The position numbers and the translations under genes are program-made. Below are positions 48,281 to 58,084 of a DNA stretch of 64,000 nucleotides, one piece after another; position 1 is the first letter of the stretch, and every line of letters begins with the position of its first letter. This DNA comes from Acidimicrobiales bacterium (lineage in GTDB: Bacteria; Actinomycetota; Acidimicrobiia; Acidimicrobiales; SZUA-35): contig OZ244195.1 of NCBI GenBank assembly GCA_965216685.1, positions 87,780 to 151,779 on the forward strand, read 5' to 3'. Below the pieces are notes generated by a model. The model had not been told where the DNA came from, ran no database searches, and was given only the letters and a program-made list of their open reading frames with translations.

Positions 48281-49561
48281 GTGACCACCAAAGATCCGTA
48301 CGGCAGGGCGCGACGCGCCGGATTGATGCTGCGGCTGCTGATCAGCCTTCTGGCACTGGCCTTGGCCTCCGCCGCTTGTACCAGTGACGCCATCGGCGGC
48401 GACGATTCGGCCACCGGCGACGACGAGGCCGACGAACAAGCCGGCTCCGACTCCGACGAATCGACCGATGATGACGAGTCGGCCGACGACGCCGAAACGG
48501 TCGAACTCACCCAGGGCGACACCATCGAGTTCACGGTTCAGACCGGCGTGCCGGCCACATCGGTCTACCACGCCGTGATCGAACAGTGGGGCGAGCGTGT
48601 CAACACGATGTCGGGCGGCCGGCTGGTGGCCACAGTCGTACCGTCCGGCGGTGTGGTCGGCGCCCTGGAGATCCTTGATGCCGTCAACGACGAAACCGTG
48701 CCGGTCGGATTTGCCTGGTCCAACTACTGGAACGGCAAGAATGCCGCAGCCGCCCTGTTCTCCAATCCCCCGGTCGGTTCGACCGGGATGGATCAGAACA
48801 CGTCGTTGGCCTGGATGTATGACGGCGGCGGGCTCGAGCTCTACAACCGTCTCTACCAGGAGGAGATCGGGGTGAACGTCATGCCCATGCCGGTGTGCCC
48901 CATGGGTCCGGACCCCTTCGGCTGGTTCTCGGAGAAGATCACCAGCTTGGACGACCTGCAGGGCATCAAGTTCCGCTCCCCTCCCGGCCTGCCCGGCGAC
49001 TCGTTCAACAAGGTTGGCATGGAGGCCATAGCCATGCCCGGCTCGGAGATCATTCCGGCCGCCAACAGCGGCCTCATCGAAGGAGCCGAATGGATCTCAC
49101 CAGCCGACGACACCGCCCTCGGCTTCCAGGACGTCTGGAACGACTACTACCTGCAGGGTCTCCACCAATCCACCGACATCGGTGAGATGCTGTTCAACGT
49201 CGACTGGTTCGAGGGACTGCCGGCTGATCTCCAGGAGATCATCCGGGTGGCGTCCCAGGCCGCCATCGTCGACTGTGAAAACCTGTCGATCACGGTCAAC
49301 GCCGAAGCGGTGGCTTCACTCCAGGACCAGGGAGTCAACATCTGGAACACGCCTCCCGAGTTCTACGACGCCTTCGCCGACGCCTGGAACGAAGTGGCGG
49401 AAGAGCTCGAGCAGAGCGATCCGTTCTTCGCCGAGGTTAGAGCCTCCCAGCAGGCCTACGCCGAAAAGGTCATGCCCTACCGCCTCACCATCACCGAGCT
49501 GTACCAGACCATCGGCGAGACCTACTACCCGGAGAAGGTGGGCCAGGACCCCGGTGAGTGA
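48281..49561 (+). CDS. TRAP transporter substrate-binding lipoprotein (DctP-type)
   Basis: 426-aa ORF starting at a GTG. It has a lipobox (LASAAC) followed by an acidic low-complexity linker, and small and large TRAP permease genes follow. Confidence 0.75.
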   Translation: MTTKDPYGRARRAGLMLRLLISLLALALASAACTSDAIGGDDSATGDDEADEQAGSDSDESTDDDESADDAETVELTQGDTIEFTVQTGVPATSVYHAVIEQWGERVNTMSGGRLVATVVPSGGVVGALEILDAVNDETVPVGFAWSNYWNGKNAAAALFSNPPVGSTGMDQNTSLAWMYDGGGLELYNRLYQEEIGVNVMPMPVCPMGPDPFGWFSEKITSLDDLQGIKFRSPPGLPGDSFNKVGMEAIAMPGSEIIPAANSGLIEGAEWISPADDTALGFQDVWNDYYLQGLHQSTDIGEMLFNVDWFEGLPADLQEIIRVASQAAIVDCENLSITVNAEAVASLQDQGVNIWNTPPEFYDAFADAWNEVAEELEQSDPFFAEVRASQQAYAEKVMPYRLTITELYQTIGETYYPEKVGQDPGE

Positions 49562-50147
49562 TCTCGAGTCGCAGATCGCCGCCGACTACGGCGTAGAGGT
49601 CGACGTCAAAGGCACTGAAATCGACGAACCGTGGAATACCGACCGGGGCGGCGTTGATGCCATCAACGCCGTCTCGGAAGGGACGGGACGAGTAGTGGCT
49701 TGGCTCGGTCTGGGTTTGATGCTGGTGCTGGCGGCCGACGTGTTCGCCCGGGAACTGTTCAGCGACTCAATCTCCTGGGCCAACGACATGGCCTACTTCC
49801 TGTATTCGATCCACTTCATCATCGGGGCTGCCTTCACGCTGAAACGGAGTGGCCACATTCGCACCGATTTCGTGTACCGGAACTGGTCGGCCCGGCGACA
49901 AGCATGGACCGATGCCGTCGTCTACGGGCTGCTGTTCATTCCGGCGCTATTGGTGGCCCTGTGGATCGCCACCGACAAGGCGCTGGATTCGTTCCGCATC
50001 CGGGAAAAGGTGATCACCAGCACATCGGGCCTGCCGCTGTGGGTGCTCAAAGTGGCGTTGGCCGTCGGACTTCTCCTTTGGCTTCTGCAGTCGATCTCGG
50101 AGCTGGTCAAATCAATACGGACCGCCCGGTCAGGAGAATGGCAATGA
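49554..50147 (+). CDS. TRAP transporter small permease (DctQ-like)
   Basis: The frame of track ORF 49182..50147 is trimmed to GTG 49554, which overlaps the end of the substrate-binding gene. The protein has four transmembrane segments. Confidence 0.7.
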   Translation: MSDLESQIAADYGVEVDVKGTEIDEPWNTDRGGVDAINAVSEGTGRVVAWLGLGLMLVLAADVFARELFSDSISWANDMAYFLYSIHFIIGAAFTLKRSGHIRTDFVYRNWSARRQAWTDAVVYGLLFIPALLVALWIATDKALDSFRIREKVITSTSGLPLWVLKVALAVGLLLWLLQSISELVKSIRTARSGEWQ

Positions 50148-51490
50148 TGCTGGCCCTGCTGGCCCAAATCGACATCGGGATCGGCACCGAATGGATCGGC
50201 ATCATCATGCTGGCCTTCCTGTTCGGCGCCATTATCGTCGGGTTCCCCATTGCCCAGACGCTACTGGTGATCAGTTTCGGCTTCGGTTTCGTCGGTTTCG
50301 GTACGACCGCCTTCAATCTATTCACCAACAAGACCTACGAGGTCATGACCGACGTGACGTTGGCCGCCGTTCCCCTGTTCCTGCTGATGGGTTACGTGTT
50401 GGAACAGGCCGGCCTGATGGACCGGTTGTTCCGGGCGTTGCAGCTGGCGTTGGCCAATCTCAAAGGATCGCTGTATCTGGCCGTGATCGCCGCCGCCACG
50501 GTGTTCGCCGCAGCCACCGGCATCGTCGGGGCGTCGGTGACCCTGATCGGGCTGATGGCCATCCCCTCGATGACCCGCAGCGGCTACGACACCAAGCTGT
50601 CGGCCGGTGCCATAACCGCGGGAGGAACGCTCGGCATCTTGATTCCCCCCAGCATCATGTTGGTGGTCATGGCTCCCGTCGTTGGCGTCAAGGTCCTGGA
50701 ACTGTTCGCCGCCGCCATTGTTCCCGGCCTGCTGCTCAGCGGCCTCTACACCGGCTACGCCCTGCTACGGACCCGCCGCAACCCCGAGCTGGGACCGCCC
50801 CTGGCCGAAGAAGACCGGGCGGAGAACCGGAGCGAGATCGTTCGCGAGATCCTGGTCGGCATCATTCCGCCCATGGTGCTGATCACGGCAACTCTGGGGT
50901 CGATCCTGTGGGGTTGGGCCACCCCGACCGAGGCGTCGGCCATGGGCGCCCTCGGGGCCATGGTACTGGCCATGCTCAGCGGCCGGTTCGGGGTCAAGAA
51001 GCTGGAACGGGCGCTGATCGCCACCTTGGAAACGGGCTCGATGATCATGATCCTGGTGGTGGCGTCCAACTTCTTCGGCGCTGTGTTTTCCCGGTTGGGT
51101 AGCGCCAACTTCGTGGCCGACGCCCTGGTGTCACTCGACCTGCCGCCGCTGATCATGTTGGTGCTGATACTGATCTTCATCTTCGTGCTCGGGTGGCCGC
51201 TGGAATGGGTACCGATCGTGTTGATCTTCGTTCCTATCCTGCTGCCGGTGGTGGTGGAGCTGCAGATCAATCTGGTCTGGTTCAGCATCCTGGTCGCTGT
51301 GACCTTGCAGACAGCATGGCTCTCCCCGCCGGTGGCCTTGTCGGCCTACTTCCTGAAGGGTGTGGCCCCCCACTGGGACCTGAAGGACATCTATGCCGGC
51401 ATGTTCCAGTTCATGGGTCTGCAGCTCCTGGGACTGGCCATCGTCATTGCCGCACCGGCCACCGCGTTGTGGCTGCCGACAGTGTTGTGA
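50144..51490 (+). CDS. TRAP transporter large permease (DctM-like)
   Basis: The frame of track ORF 49700..51490 is trimmed to ATG 50144, which forms an ATGA overlap with the dctQ stop. AGGAG lies 7 nt upstream. The protein is polytopic and about 448 aa. Confidence 0.8.
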   Translation: MMLALLAQIDIGIGTEWIGIIMLAFLFGAIIVGFPIAQTLLVISFGFGFVGFGTTAFNLFTNKTYEVMTDVTLAAVPLFLLMGYVLEQAGLMDRLFRALQLALANLKGSLYLAVIAAATVFAAATGIVGASVTLIGLMAIPSMTRSGYDTKLSAGAITAGGTLGILIPPSIMLVVMAPVVGVKVLELFAAAIVPGLLLSGLYTGYALLRTRRNPELGPPLAEEDRAENRSEIVREILVGIIPPMVLITATLGSILWGWATPTEASAMGALGAMVLAMLSGRFGVKKLERALIATLETGSMIMILVVASNFFGAVFSRLGSANFVADALVSLDLPPLIMLVLILIFIFVLGWPLEWVPIVLIFVPILLPVVVELQINLVWFSILVAVTLQTAWLSPPVALSAYFLKGVAPHWDLKDIYAGMFQFMGLQLLGLAIVIAAPATALWLPTVL

Positions 51491-51516
51491 CCTCACGACC
51501 CTGGAACTGCAGGCTC

Positions 51517-52431
51517 TCAGTCTGGGGCGGTTCGGGGGTCGTAGCCGGCATCGAGGTCGGCCCACCACTGTCGGGCCGGCTGGCGAAGCGCAGACCGCAA
51601 GTCACCAAATCGTTGGGCCGCGGCCGGCCCCGGCCAGTCGGCCGGTAGGAGCTCGGCCGGTAGGTCGGGATCGAGAAAGGGGAACGTGCGCCAGCGGTGC
51701 ACCAGGGCGGCCAGTTCGGTGGCCGCCGCCGCGCCGTCGAGCCGGCTGATGGCCTGGTGTTCCAAGGCGGCGGTGGCAGCCAGGAACTGGTGGTAGCGCT
51801 CGGTCAGGGCGGGAAGATCCCAGGCTGTGGCCACCAGATCGGGGCCGGAGCCCAACGCCCCCAGCTCGGCCCGGAAGGAGCTGGCGCTGACTCCCAGCCG
51901 ATCGAGCAGCTCGGTCACCGCCGGCTCCTGTTCGAGCCACGGCGAGATCCACAGCCCCTGGCCCAGCGAGCCCATGCCGGCCCAGTTGAGCCCAAGTCCC
52001 ATCCGGTAGCGAACGTTGCGCTCGCTTTCGGGCACGGTGGCCTGCACCACCAGCCAGCGCCCGTCCCACGGCCGTGGCCGCCGGCCGAATCCATAGATTC
52101 GTTCCGCCCCCTCGGTCAACAACTCGGCGAACGAGTCGGTCAACAGCCACCGGGTGCGGCGCCCAACCCGATCCCGCTTCAGCCATTGCTGCTTCTCCAT
52201 ACGGGCCAATGCCTGGCGGGTGGCTTTGCTTTGCACACCCAGCAGCTCCAGCTGGGCGATGACCGTTTGCGTCCAGACATGGCCGCCGGAGGGAAGCACG
52301 TACTCGCCCATCACCGTCATCAACAAACCCCGGCTGGAGTCAGCCGTGGCCGATCGGTCCCGGTTGGCGCCCAGTACCGGAGCCAGCGCAGCAGGCGTGG
52401 AACGTGCTACAGATCGCCGACGATCAGCCAT
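51517..52431 (-). CDS. paaX: PaaX family transcriptional regulator
   Basis: 304-aa ORF. LLMTVMGEYVLPSGGHVWT...LGVQSKATRQALARM is typical of the PaaX N-terminus. Confidence 0.75.
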   Translation of the reverse strand: MADRRRSVARSTPAALAPVLGANRDRSATADSSRGLLMTVMGEYVLPSGGHVWTQTVIAQLELLGVQSKATRQALARMEKQQWLKRDRVGRRTRWLLTDSFAELLTEGAERIYGFGRRPRPWDGRWLVVQATVPESERNVRYRMGLGLNWAGMGSLGQGLWISPWLEQEPAVTELLDRLGVSASSFRAELGALGSGPDLVATAWDLPALTERYHQFLAATAALEHQAISRLDGAAAATELAALVHRWRTFPFLDPDLPAELLPADWPGPAAAQRFGDLRSALRQPARQWWADLDAGYDPRTAPD

Positions 52432-52495
52432 TGATGCATCGTACTCGCTCCCCTGCCAACAAAGGTTGGCCTTCCGCCAGACATGCTACATGATC

Positions 52496-52523
52496 TTGAC
52501 GTCCATCGAGTGAACTGTAGAAT
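52496..52523 (+). promoter_or_regulatory. Candidate sigma-70-type promoter for boxCB
   Basis: TTGACG (52496-52501)-N16-TAGAAT (52518-52523) lies about 33 nt upstream of the proposed boxC GTG start. Confidence 0.45.
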
Positions 52524-52555
52524 CTTTGCAGAGCCCATCAAGCCCGGGAGCCCCC

Positions 52556-54259
52556 GTGAGTGCCGACATCATCGACTTCAGAACGTCGCCCGATCAGTAC
52601 CGCCACTGGACCATCACCGTCGACGGAGCGGTGGCCACCCTGATCATGGCCGTCGATCCGGAGTCCGGACTCCGCCACGACTACGAACTCAAGACCAACT
52701 CCTATGACCTCGGCGTCGACATCGAGCTCCACGACGCGGTGCAACGGCTCCGGTTCGAGCACCCCAACGTCAAAGCGGTGGTGGTCACCGGCGGTCTCGA
52801 CAAAATCTTCTGTGCCGGGGCCAACATCCAGATGCTGGCCGGCTCCAGCCACGAGCACAAGGTCAACTTCTGCAAGTTCACCAACGAGACCCGCAACGGC
52901 ATCGAGGAGGCCACCCGACACTCGGGGCAGACCTGGATCGCCGCCGTCAACGGCACCGCAGCCGGCGGCGGCTATGAACTGGCGCTGGCCTGCGACGAGA
53001 TCCTGCTGATCGACGACAAAGCGTCGGCCGTCTCACTGCCCGAGATCCCCCTCCTGGCGGTGTTGCCCGGAACCGGAGGTTTGACCCGGGTGGTCGACAA
53101 ACGCCACGTCCGCCGCGACCTGGCCGACGCCTTCGCCACCCGGACCGAAGGGGTACGGGGCGAAACAGCGGTGGTCTGGGGCCTGGTCGACCACCTGGCC
53201 CCGGCCAGCGGTTGGGACGAACTCATCGCCCAGCGAGCGGCGGTCCGGGCCGCCGAGTCAGACCGGCCCGACGACGCCACCGGCATCGAACTGACGCCGC
53301 TGTCCCGCACCATCGAGGGCGACAACATCAGCTACTCGACCGTTGCCGCCGTCATCGACCGGGCCAACGGGGCCGCCACCATCACCGTCACCGGGCCCAC
53401 CGGTGGCGAGCCGGCGGTCACCGACGAGATGGTGGCCGCCGGATCACGGGCCTGGCTCCTGCGATCGGTGCGGGAACTCGACGACCTCATCCTTCATCTG
53501 CGCCTCAACGAATCCGAGATCGGAACCTGGATCTTCCGGACCGAGGGCCGCCTGGATAACGTGGCCCAAGCCGAGCAGATCCTGGCCGACCATCCCGATC
53601 ATTGGCTGGTGCGGGAGATCCGCTTGTTCTGGTCTCGCACCCTGAAGCGGATCGACGTGTCGTCCCGTTCCCTCTTCACCCTGATCGAGCCCGGCAGCTG
53701 CTACGCCGGGACACTGGCCGAACTGGTGCTGGCCGCCGACCGCAGCTTCATGCTCGACGGCACCTGGGAGGACCTGCGGGACCGGGGCCAGACCCCGCCC
53801 GAACCGGCCACGATCCGATTGACGGCGGCCAACGGCAACGCCGACGACCCCCACGGCGGTGGCTGGTACCCGATGGCCAACGGCCTGTCCCGGCTGCAGA
53901 CCCGGTTCTGGGGCCGCCCCGATGTCCTGGCCCGGGCCCTTCAGGCGGCGGGCAAGGAACTGGCGGCGGCCGACGCCCTCGACGTCGAGCTGATCACCTT
54001 CGCCCCCGACGACCTCGACTGGTCCGACGAGATTCGGCTCACCATCGAGGAACGCAACAGCTTCTCCCCCGACGCTCTGACCGGTATGGAGGCCAACTAC
54101 CGTTTCGTCGGACCTGAGACCATGGAAACCAAGATCTTCGCCCGGCTGACGGCCTGGCAGAACTGGATCTTCCAGCGACCCAACGCCGTTGGACCCAACG
54201 GCGCCCTACGCCGCTTCGGCAGCGGCTCCCGACCCGACTACGACCCCCGAAGGGTGTAA
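52556..54259 (+). CDS. boxC: 2,3-epoxybenzoyl-CoA dihydrolase (benzoyl-CoA-dihydrodiol lyase) BoxC
   Basis: Track ORF 52526..54259 starts at a TTG inside the promoter, so it is trimmed to GVG-equivalent GTG 52556, downstream of GGGAG. The protein has a crotonase fold with a BoxC-type N-terminus (DFRTSPDQYRHWTI). Confidence 0.8.
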   Translation: MSADIIDFRTSPDQYRHWTITVDGAVATLIMAVDPESGLRHDYELKTNSYDLGVDIELHDAVQRLRFEHPNVKAVVVTGGLDKIFCAGANIQMLAGSSHEHKVNFCKFTNETRNGIEEATRHSGQTWIAAVNGTAAGGGYELALACDEILLIDDKASAVSLPEIPLLAVLPGTGGLTRVVDKRHVRRDLADAFATRTEGVRGETAVVWGLVDHLAPASGWDELIAQRAAVRAAESDRPDDATGIELTPLSRTIEGDNISYSTVAAVIDRANGAATITVTGPTGGEPAVTDEMVAAGSRAWLLRSVRELDDLILHLRLNESEIGTWIFRTEGRLDNVAQAEQILADHPDHWLVREIRLFWSRTLKRIDVSSRSLFTLIEPGSCYAGTLAELVLAADRSFMLDGTWEDLRDRGQTPPEPATIRLTAANGNADDPHGGGWYPMANGLSRLQTRFWGRPDVLARALQAAGKELAAADALDVELITFAPDDLDWSDEIRLTIEERNSFSPDALTGMEANYRFVGPETMETKIFARLTAWQNWIFQRPNAVGPNGALRRFGSGSRPDYDPRRV

Positions 54260-54263
54260 CACC

Positions 54264-55691
54264 ATGGCAACCGTGGACATCGATGCCAAGATCCCCAACA
54301 ACGTCGACCTGGCCGGTGATCGTCGGCTGCAACGGGCGCTGGAGCAATGGCAGCCCAAGTTCATCCGTTGGTGGGAGGAACTGGGCCCGGCGGCGTTCAA
54401 GACCAACCCGGTGTACCTGCGAACGGCGGTCGACGTCGGCCGGGAGGGCTGGGCCCACTTCGATCATGTCGAGATGCCCGACTACCGCTGGGGCGTTTTC
54501 CTGGCCGAGCCGGAACCGGACCGCAAGATCGCCTTCGGCGAGCACAAGGGCCAGGACGTGTGGCAGGAGGTGCCGGGAGAGTACCGCTCCGACCTGCGGC
54601 GACTGATCGTGGTCCAGGGCGACACCGAGCCGGCGTCGGTCGAGCAGCAGCGTCATCTGTCCCTGACCGCACCGTCGCTCTATGACATGCGCAACCTGTT
54701 CCAGGTCAACGTGGAGGAGGGCCGCCATCTGTGGGCCATGGTCTACCTGCTCCAGCGGTATTTCGGCCGTGACGGCCGGGACGAGGCCGACGAGATGCTG
54801 GAGCGCCACTCCGGTGATCCCGACAACCCTCGGATCCTCGGTGCCTTCAACGAGGAAACGCCCGACTGGCTGTCGTTCTTCATGTTCACGTACTTCACCG
54901 ACCGCGACGGCAAGTATCAGCTGGCCTCGTTGCGGGAGTCGGCCTTCGACCCGCTGTCCCGGACCTGCGACTTCATGCTCAAAGAGGAGGCCCATCACAT
55001 GTTCGTGGGGGCCACCGGCGTGGGCCGGGTGGTGGAGCGAACCATCGAGCTGATGCGCGAGCACGACACCGACGACGTGCACGACCACGGCGGCATCAAC
55101 CTCGACCTGTTGCAGAAGTACGTCAACTTCCACTACTCGGTGTCGCTGGACCTGTTCGGGGCCGAGACCTCGACCAACGCCGCCAACTACTTCGCCGCCG
55201 GGCTCAAGGGGCGGTTCCAGGAGGAGCGACGAAACGATGACCATGTGCTGAAATCCTCGACTCGGCTGGTGCCCGATGTGGCCGGCGACGGCCCGGAGCA
55301 GCGGATCGAACAGAAGGAAGTGGCCGAGCTGTCGGCCCTCAACGAAACCCTGCGGGAGGACTACACCGAGGACTGCCAGAAGGGCATCGACCGCTGGAAC
55401 CGAACGTTGTCCAAGGCCGGTGTCGACTTCGAGATCAAACTGCCCCACGTCGGCTTCCACCGCGACGTCGGAACCTTCCGCAACCATCACGTCTCACCCG
55501 GCGGCGCCCTGGTCAGCGACGACGATTGGGCGGCTTCAGCGGCCGACTGGCTGCCCACCGACGAGGAACGGGCCCACGTCAAGTCGCTAATGGTCGGGGT
55601 GACCGAACCGGGCCGGATGGCCGGCTGGGTTGCTCCCCCATCGACCGGCATTCACCAGAAACCGGTTGATTTCGAGTACGTCAAGCTGTAG
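54264..55691 (+). CDS. boxB: Benzoyl-CoA 2,3-epoxidase diiron oxygenase subunit BoxB
   Basis: The frame of track ORF 54189..55691 is trimmed to ATG 54264 (MATVDIDAKIPNNVDL). A diiron motif is present (MLKEEAHHMFVG). Confidence 0.85.
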   Translation: MATVDIDAKIPNNVDLAGDRRLQRALEQWQPKFIRWWEELGPAAFKTNPVYLRTAVDVGREGWAHFDHVEMPDYRWGVFLAEPEPDRKIAFGEHKGQDVWQEVPGEYRSDLRRLIVVQGDTEPASVEQQRHLSLTAPSLYDMRNLFQVNVEEGRHLWAMVYLLQRYFGRDGRDEADEMLERHSGDPDNPRILGAFNEETPDWLSFFMFTYFTDRDGKYQLASLRESAFDPLSRTCDFMLKEEAHHMFVGATGVGRVVERTIELMREHDTDDVHDHGGINLDLLQKYVNFHYSVSLDLFGAETSTNAANYFAAGLKGRFQEERRNDDHVLKSSTRLVPDVAGDGPEQRIEQKEVAELSALNETLREDYTEDCQKGIDRWNRTLSKAGVDFEIKLPHVGFHRDVGTFRNHHVSPGGALVSDDDWAASAADWLPTDEERAHVKSLMVGVTEPGRMAGWVAPPSTGIHQKPVDFEYVKL

Positions 55692-56736
55692 TCGGCCCCG
55701 ATTCCAGCGGGCCCAGGCCGAAGAAGCGGGCGGCGTTGGCCCCGGCCAGCTTGGCCTTGGCCTCGGCCGACAGGTTGACCGACCCGGCAATCAGCTCGCC
55801 GGGCTCCAATTCGCCCAGGGGGAAGGGGTAGTCGGAGCCCAACATGACCCGGTCGTCCCCCATCAACCCGACCAGGAAGCCCAGCGTCGAGTCGTCGAAC
55901 ACGGCCGAGTCAACGCTGAAACGGTCTACGTAGGTCGATGGCGGATGGGGACAGTCGGCCCGCACGATGTCGCGCCGATGCCAGGCGTTGTCGACCCGGC
56001 CCAGCTGTTGGGCGAAGTTGCCGCCGCCGTGGGTGAAACAGATCCGGAGGTGGCGAGGCAGCCGTTCGAACGCTCCCGACAGGATGAGCGAAAGGATGGC
56101 CAGGTGGGTTTCGGCCGGCATGCCCACCAGCCACTTCAGCATGTACTTCACCATGCGCTCGCCGGCCATCATGTCCCAGGGGTGGACCAGCACGGCCATG
56201 TCGACATCAGCGCAGTAGTGGAGGAAGCGGAGCAGCTCGGGATCGTCGAGATTGCGGCCGTTCACGTGGTTGCCGATGTGGACCCCGACATGACCGCACT
56301 CCTTGGCCCGCTCGATCTCGGTGCAGGCGGCGTCGACATCCTGCAGCGGTACCTGGCACAGGCTACGGAGTCGTACCGGATCGGTCTCGGCCATCTCCGC
56401 CGCCTGGTCGTTGACCCACGCCGCCCACCGCTGGGCATCTCGGGGTTCGGCGGCATAGGCGAACAGCATCGGGGTGGCCGACATCACCTGGACGCTCACC
56501 CCGTGGGCATCCATTTCGTCCAGCCGGGCCGCCGGGTCCCACAGCGGGGCCTGCACCGGACGGTACTCGTCGTCGCCCACCATCATGTGACCGGTGCCGT
56601 CGCCGTTGTCCCGAAGCCACGGTGTGGCCTCCCCCAGCCCAAGGACGGCCGCCTCCTGACGCGACATCAGTGGATAGAAATGAGCGTGCATGTCGACCCG
56701 GGGTGGTTTGGCCGGCACCGGGGCCACGTCAGCCAT
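55681..56736 (-). CDS. Amidohydrolase-2 family decarboxylase (ACMSD-like)
   Basis: 351-aa ORF with an N-terminal metal motif (VDMHAHFYP). It is the last gene of the minus-strand lower-pathway operon, and its 3' end overlaps the boxB 3' end by 11 nt. Confidence 0.7.
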   Translation of the reverse strand: MADVAPVPAKPPRVDMHAHFYPLMSRQEAAVLGLGEATPWLRDNGDGTGHMMVGDDEYRPVQAPLWDPAARLDEMDAHGVSVQVMSATPMLFAYAAEPRDAQRWAAWVNDQAAEMAETDPVRLRSLCQVPLQDVDAACTEIERAKECGHVGVHIGNHVNGRNLDDPELLRFLHYCADVDMAVLVHPWDMMAGERMVKYMLKWLVGMPAETHLAILSLILSGAFERLPRHLRICFTHGGGNFAQQLGRVDNAWHRRDIVRADCPHPPSTYVDRFSVDSAVFDDSTLGFLVGLMGDDRVMLGSDYPFPLGELEPGELIAGSVNLSAEAKAKLAGANAARFFGLGPLESGPTTA

Positions 56737-57194
56737 CAGCCTTCACCCCGTGGCGCCATGGGTCCGACTGCAGTGGCCTTGATCTCGATCAGTAGATGGG
56801 GGTGGGGCAGCTGGTGCACGGCCACCGTGGTTCGAGCCGGCGCGATTCCGTCGGTGAAGAACGAGGCCCAAGCCCGGTTGTAGCCACCGAAGTCGTTCAT
56901 GGAGACGAGAAAGCAGGTGGCCTCGACCAGGTGACTGCGATCGAGGCCGGTTGTGGCCAGTACCCGTTCGATGTTTTCCAGTACCGCCGTGGTCTGCACC
57001 TCGATGTCGAGATCGGTGGTGCCCATGGCGTCGACCGAGGCTCCGGCGATGGTGTTGTCGGGCCGCCGGGCGCTGGTGCCGGACACATAGACGGTTTCAC
57101 CCACCCGCCGCAGATGGGGGAAGGCACCCCGGGGGGTTACCAGGGTGACGTCATCAAGGTCGTTGACGGCGTCAGCCGGCTCGGAGTCGGACAT
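56736..57194 (-). CDS. RidA/YjgF family protein (candidate 2-aminomuconate deaminase)
   Basis: Track ORF 56736..57230 starts at a TTG. ATG 57194 is preferred, although TTG 57230 would give a TTGA overlap with the upstream gene. The body is RidA-like (VYVSG...IEIK). Confidence 0.65.
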   Translation of the reverse strand: MSDSEPADAVNDLDDVTLVTPRGAFPHLRRVGETVYVSGTSARRPDNTIAGASVDAMGTTDLDIEVQTTAVLENIERVLATTGLDRSHLVEATCFLVSMNDFGGYNRAWASFFTDGIAPARTTVAVHQLPHPHLLIEIKATAVGPMAPRGEG

Positions 57195-57226
57195 GGCAGC
57201 CAGTGTGGTGGCCCGCTCCTGCCTGG

Positions 57227-58084
57227 TCAACTGTTGGCCCTAAGCCGGTCGGCGATCGTGACCGACACATCGCCCAGCCCGTCGAATCGGGCCAGCAGTC
57301 GACAGTCCAGTGGTGCCACCGGCGCCCCGGCGCAGCTCCCGGTGATGATCCAGGTACCGGCAGCCACCGTGCGGCCCCGGGCCGCCAGATGTTGCAGCGC
57401 CCAATGAAATGATCGCCAGGGGTCTCCCAACACATTTGCCCCCACACCTTGGGCCAACCGCTGTTCGGATCCGTCGACGGGATCAACGGCAGCCAAGGTC
57501 ACGGTGGTGGCCGCCAGGTGACCGGGATCGAAGTTGTCGCCCAGTTCGATGGCGCGACCGATGACGGCAGCGGTGGCCATGGAGTTGTCGGCCACCACGC
57601 TGGGACCGGCGATGCCCAGCTGGTCGTGAAAGCGGCCGTCGACCAACTCCAGGGCAGGAGCCACGGCATCAGCCATGGCCATGGCCTCGGCCGATGACGG
57701 GAACGATCGGGTGGGAGCAATGTCGGCGGCCAACCGCATGGCAAACTCGCATTCGATCAACGGTTGGTGGTGGAAGGAGTCGGCGGCCAGAACAGCACCG
57801 GCGGCGTGCACCGATTCAGCGGCCAGGCATCCACCGATGGGCTCATCCAGGTTCATGATCCGCTGGGTCTCGGCCGTGGTGCAACCGATCTTGATCAGGC
57901 CGATGTCGCGGCCGTCAAGAGCGAGGAGGCGGTCTTGGATGCGATATCCGTCGGCGAACGATTGGGGGGTGACGGCCGGGGGCAGGGCGGCGATCGTGGT
58001 GCCCGTGCGGCGGGCCTCCAGCAACAGGCGGGCGGCATCATCCCATCGCTGTTCGTCGCCGATGGTCGGTGCGCCTCCGCTCAT
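57227..58084 (-). CDS. 2-keto-4-pentenoate hydratase/4-oxalocrotonate decarboxylase family protein
   Basis: 285-aa ORF of the FAH-fold MhpD/XylI-XylJ-like family. Its ATG 58084 overlaps the upstream stop (ATGA). Confidence 0.7.
   Translation of the reverse strand: MSGGAPTIGDEQRWDDAARLLLEARRTGTTIAALPPAVTPQSFADGYRIQDRLLALDGRDIGLIKIGCTTAETQRIMNLDEPIGGCLAAESVHAAGAVLAADSFHHQPLIECEFAMRLAADIAPTRSFPSSAEAMAMADAVAPALELVDGRFHDQLGIAGPSVVADNSMATAAVIGRAIELGDNFDPGHLAATTVTLAAVDPVDGSEQRLAQGVGANVLGDPWRSFHWALQHLAARGRTVAAGTWIITGSCAGAPVAPLDCRLLARFDGLGDVSVTIADRLRANS

Noticed and set aside
54039-56883. Long ORFs 54039..55490 (minus) and 55630..56883 (plus)
   Set aside because: They are antisense to boxB and the ACMSD-like gene respectively, both of which have family-specific motifs.
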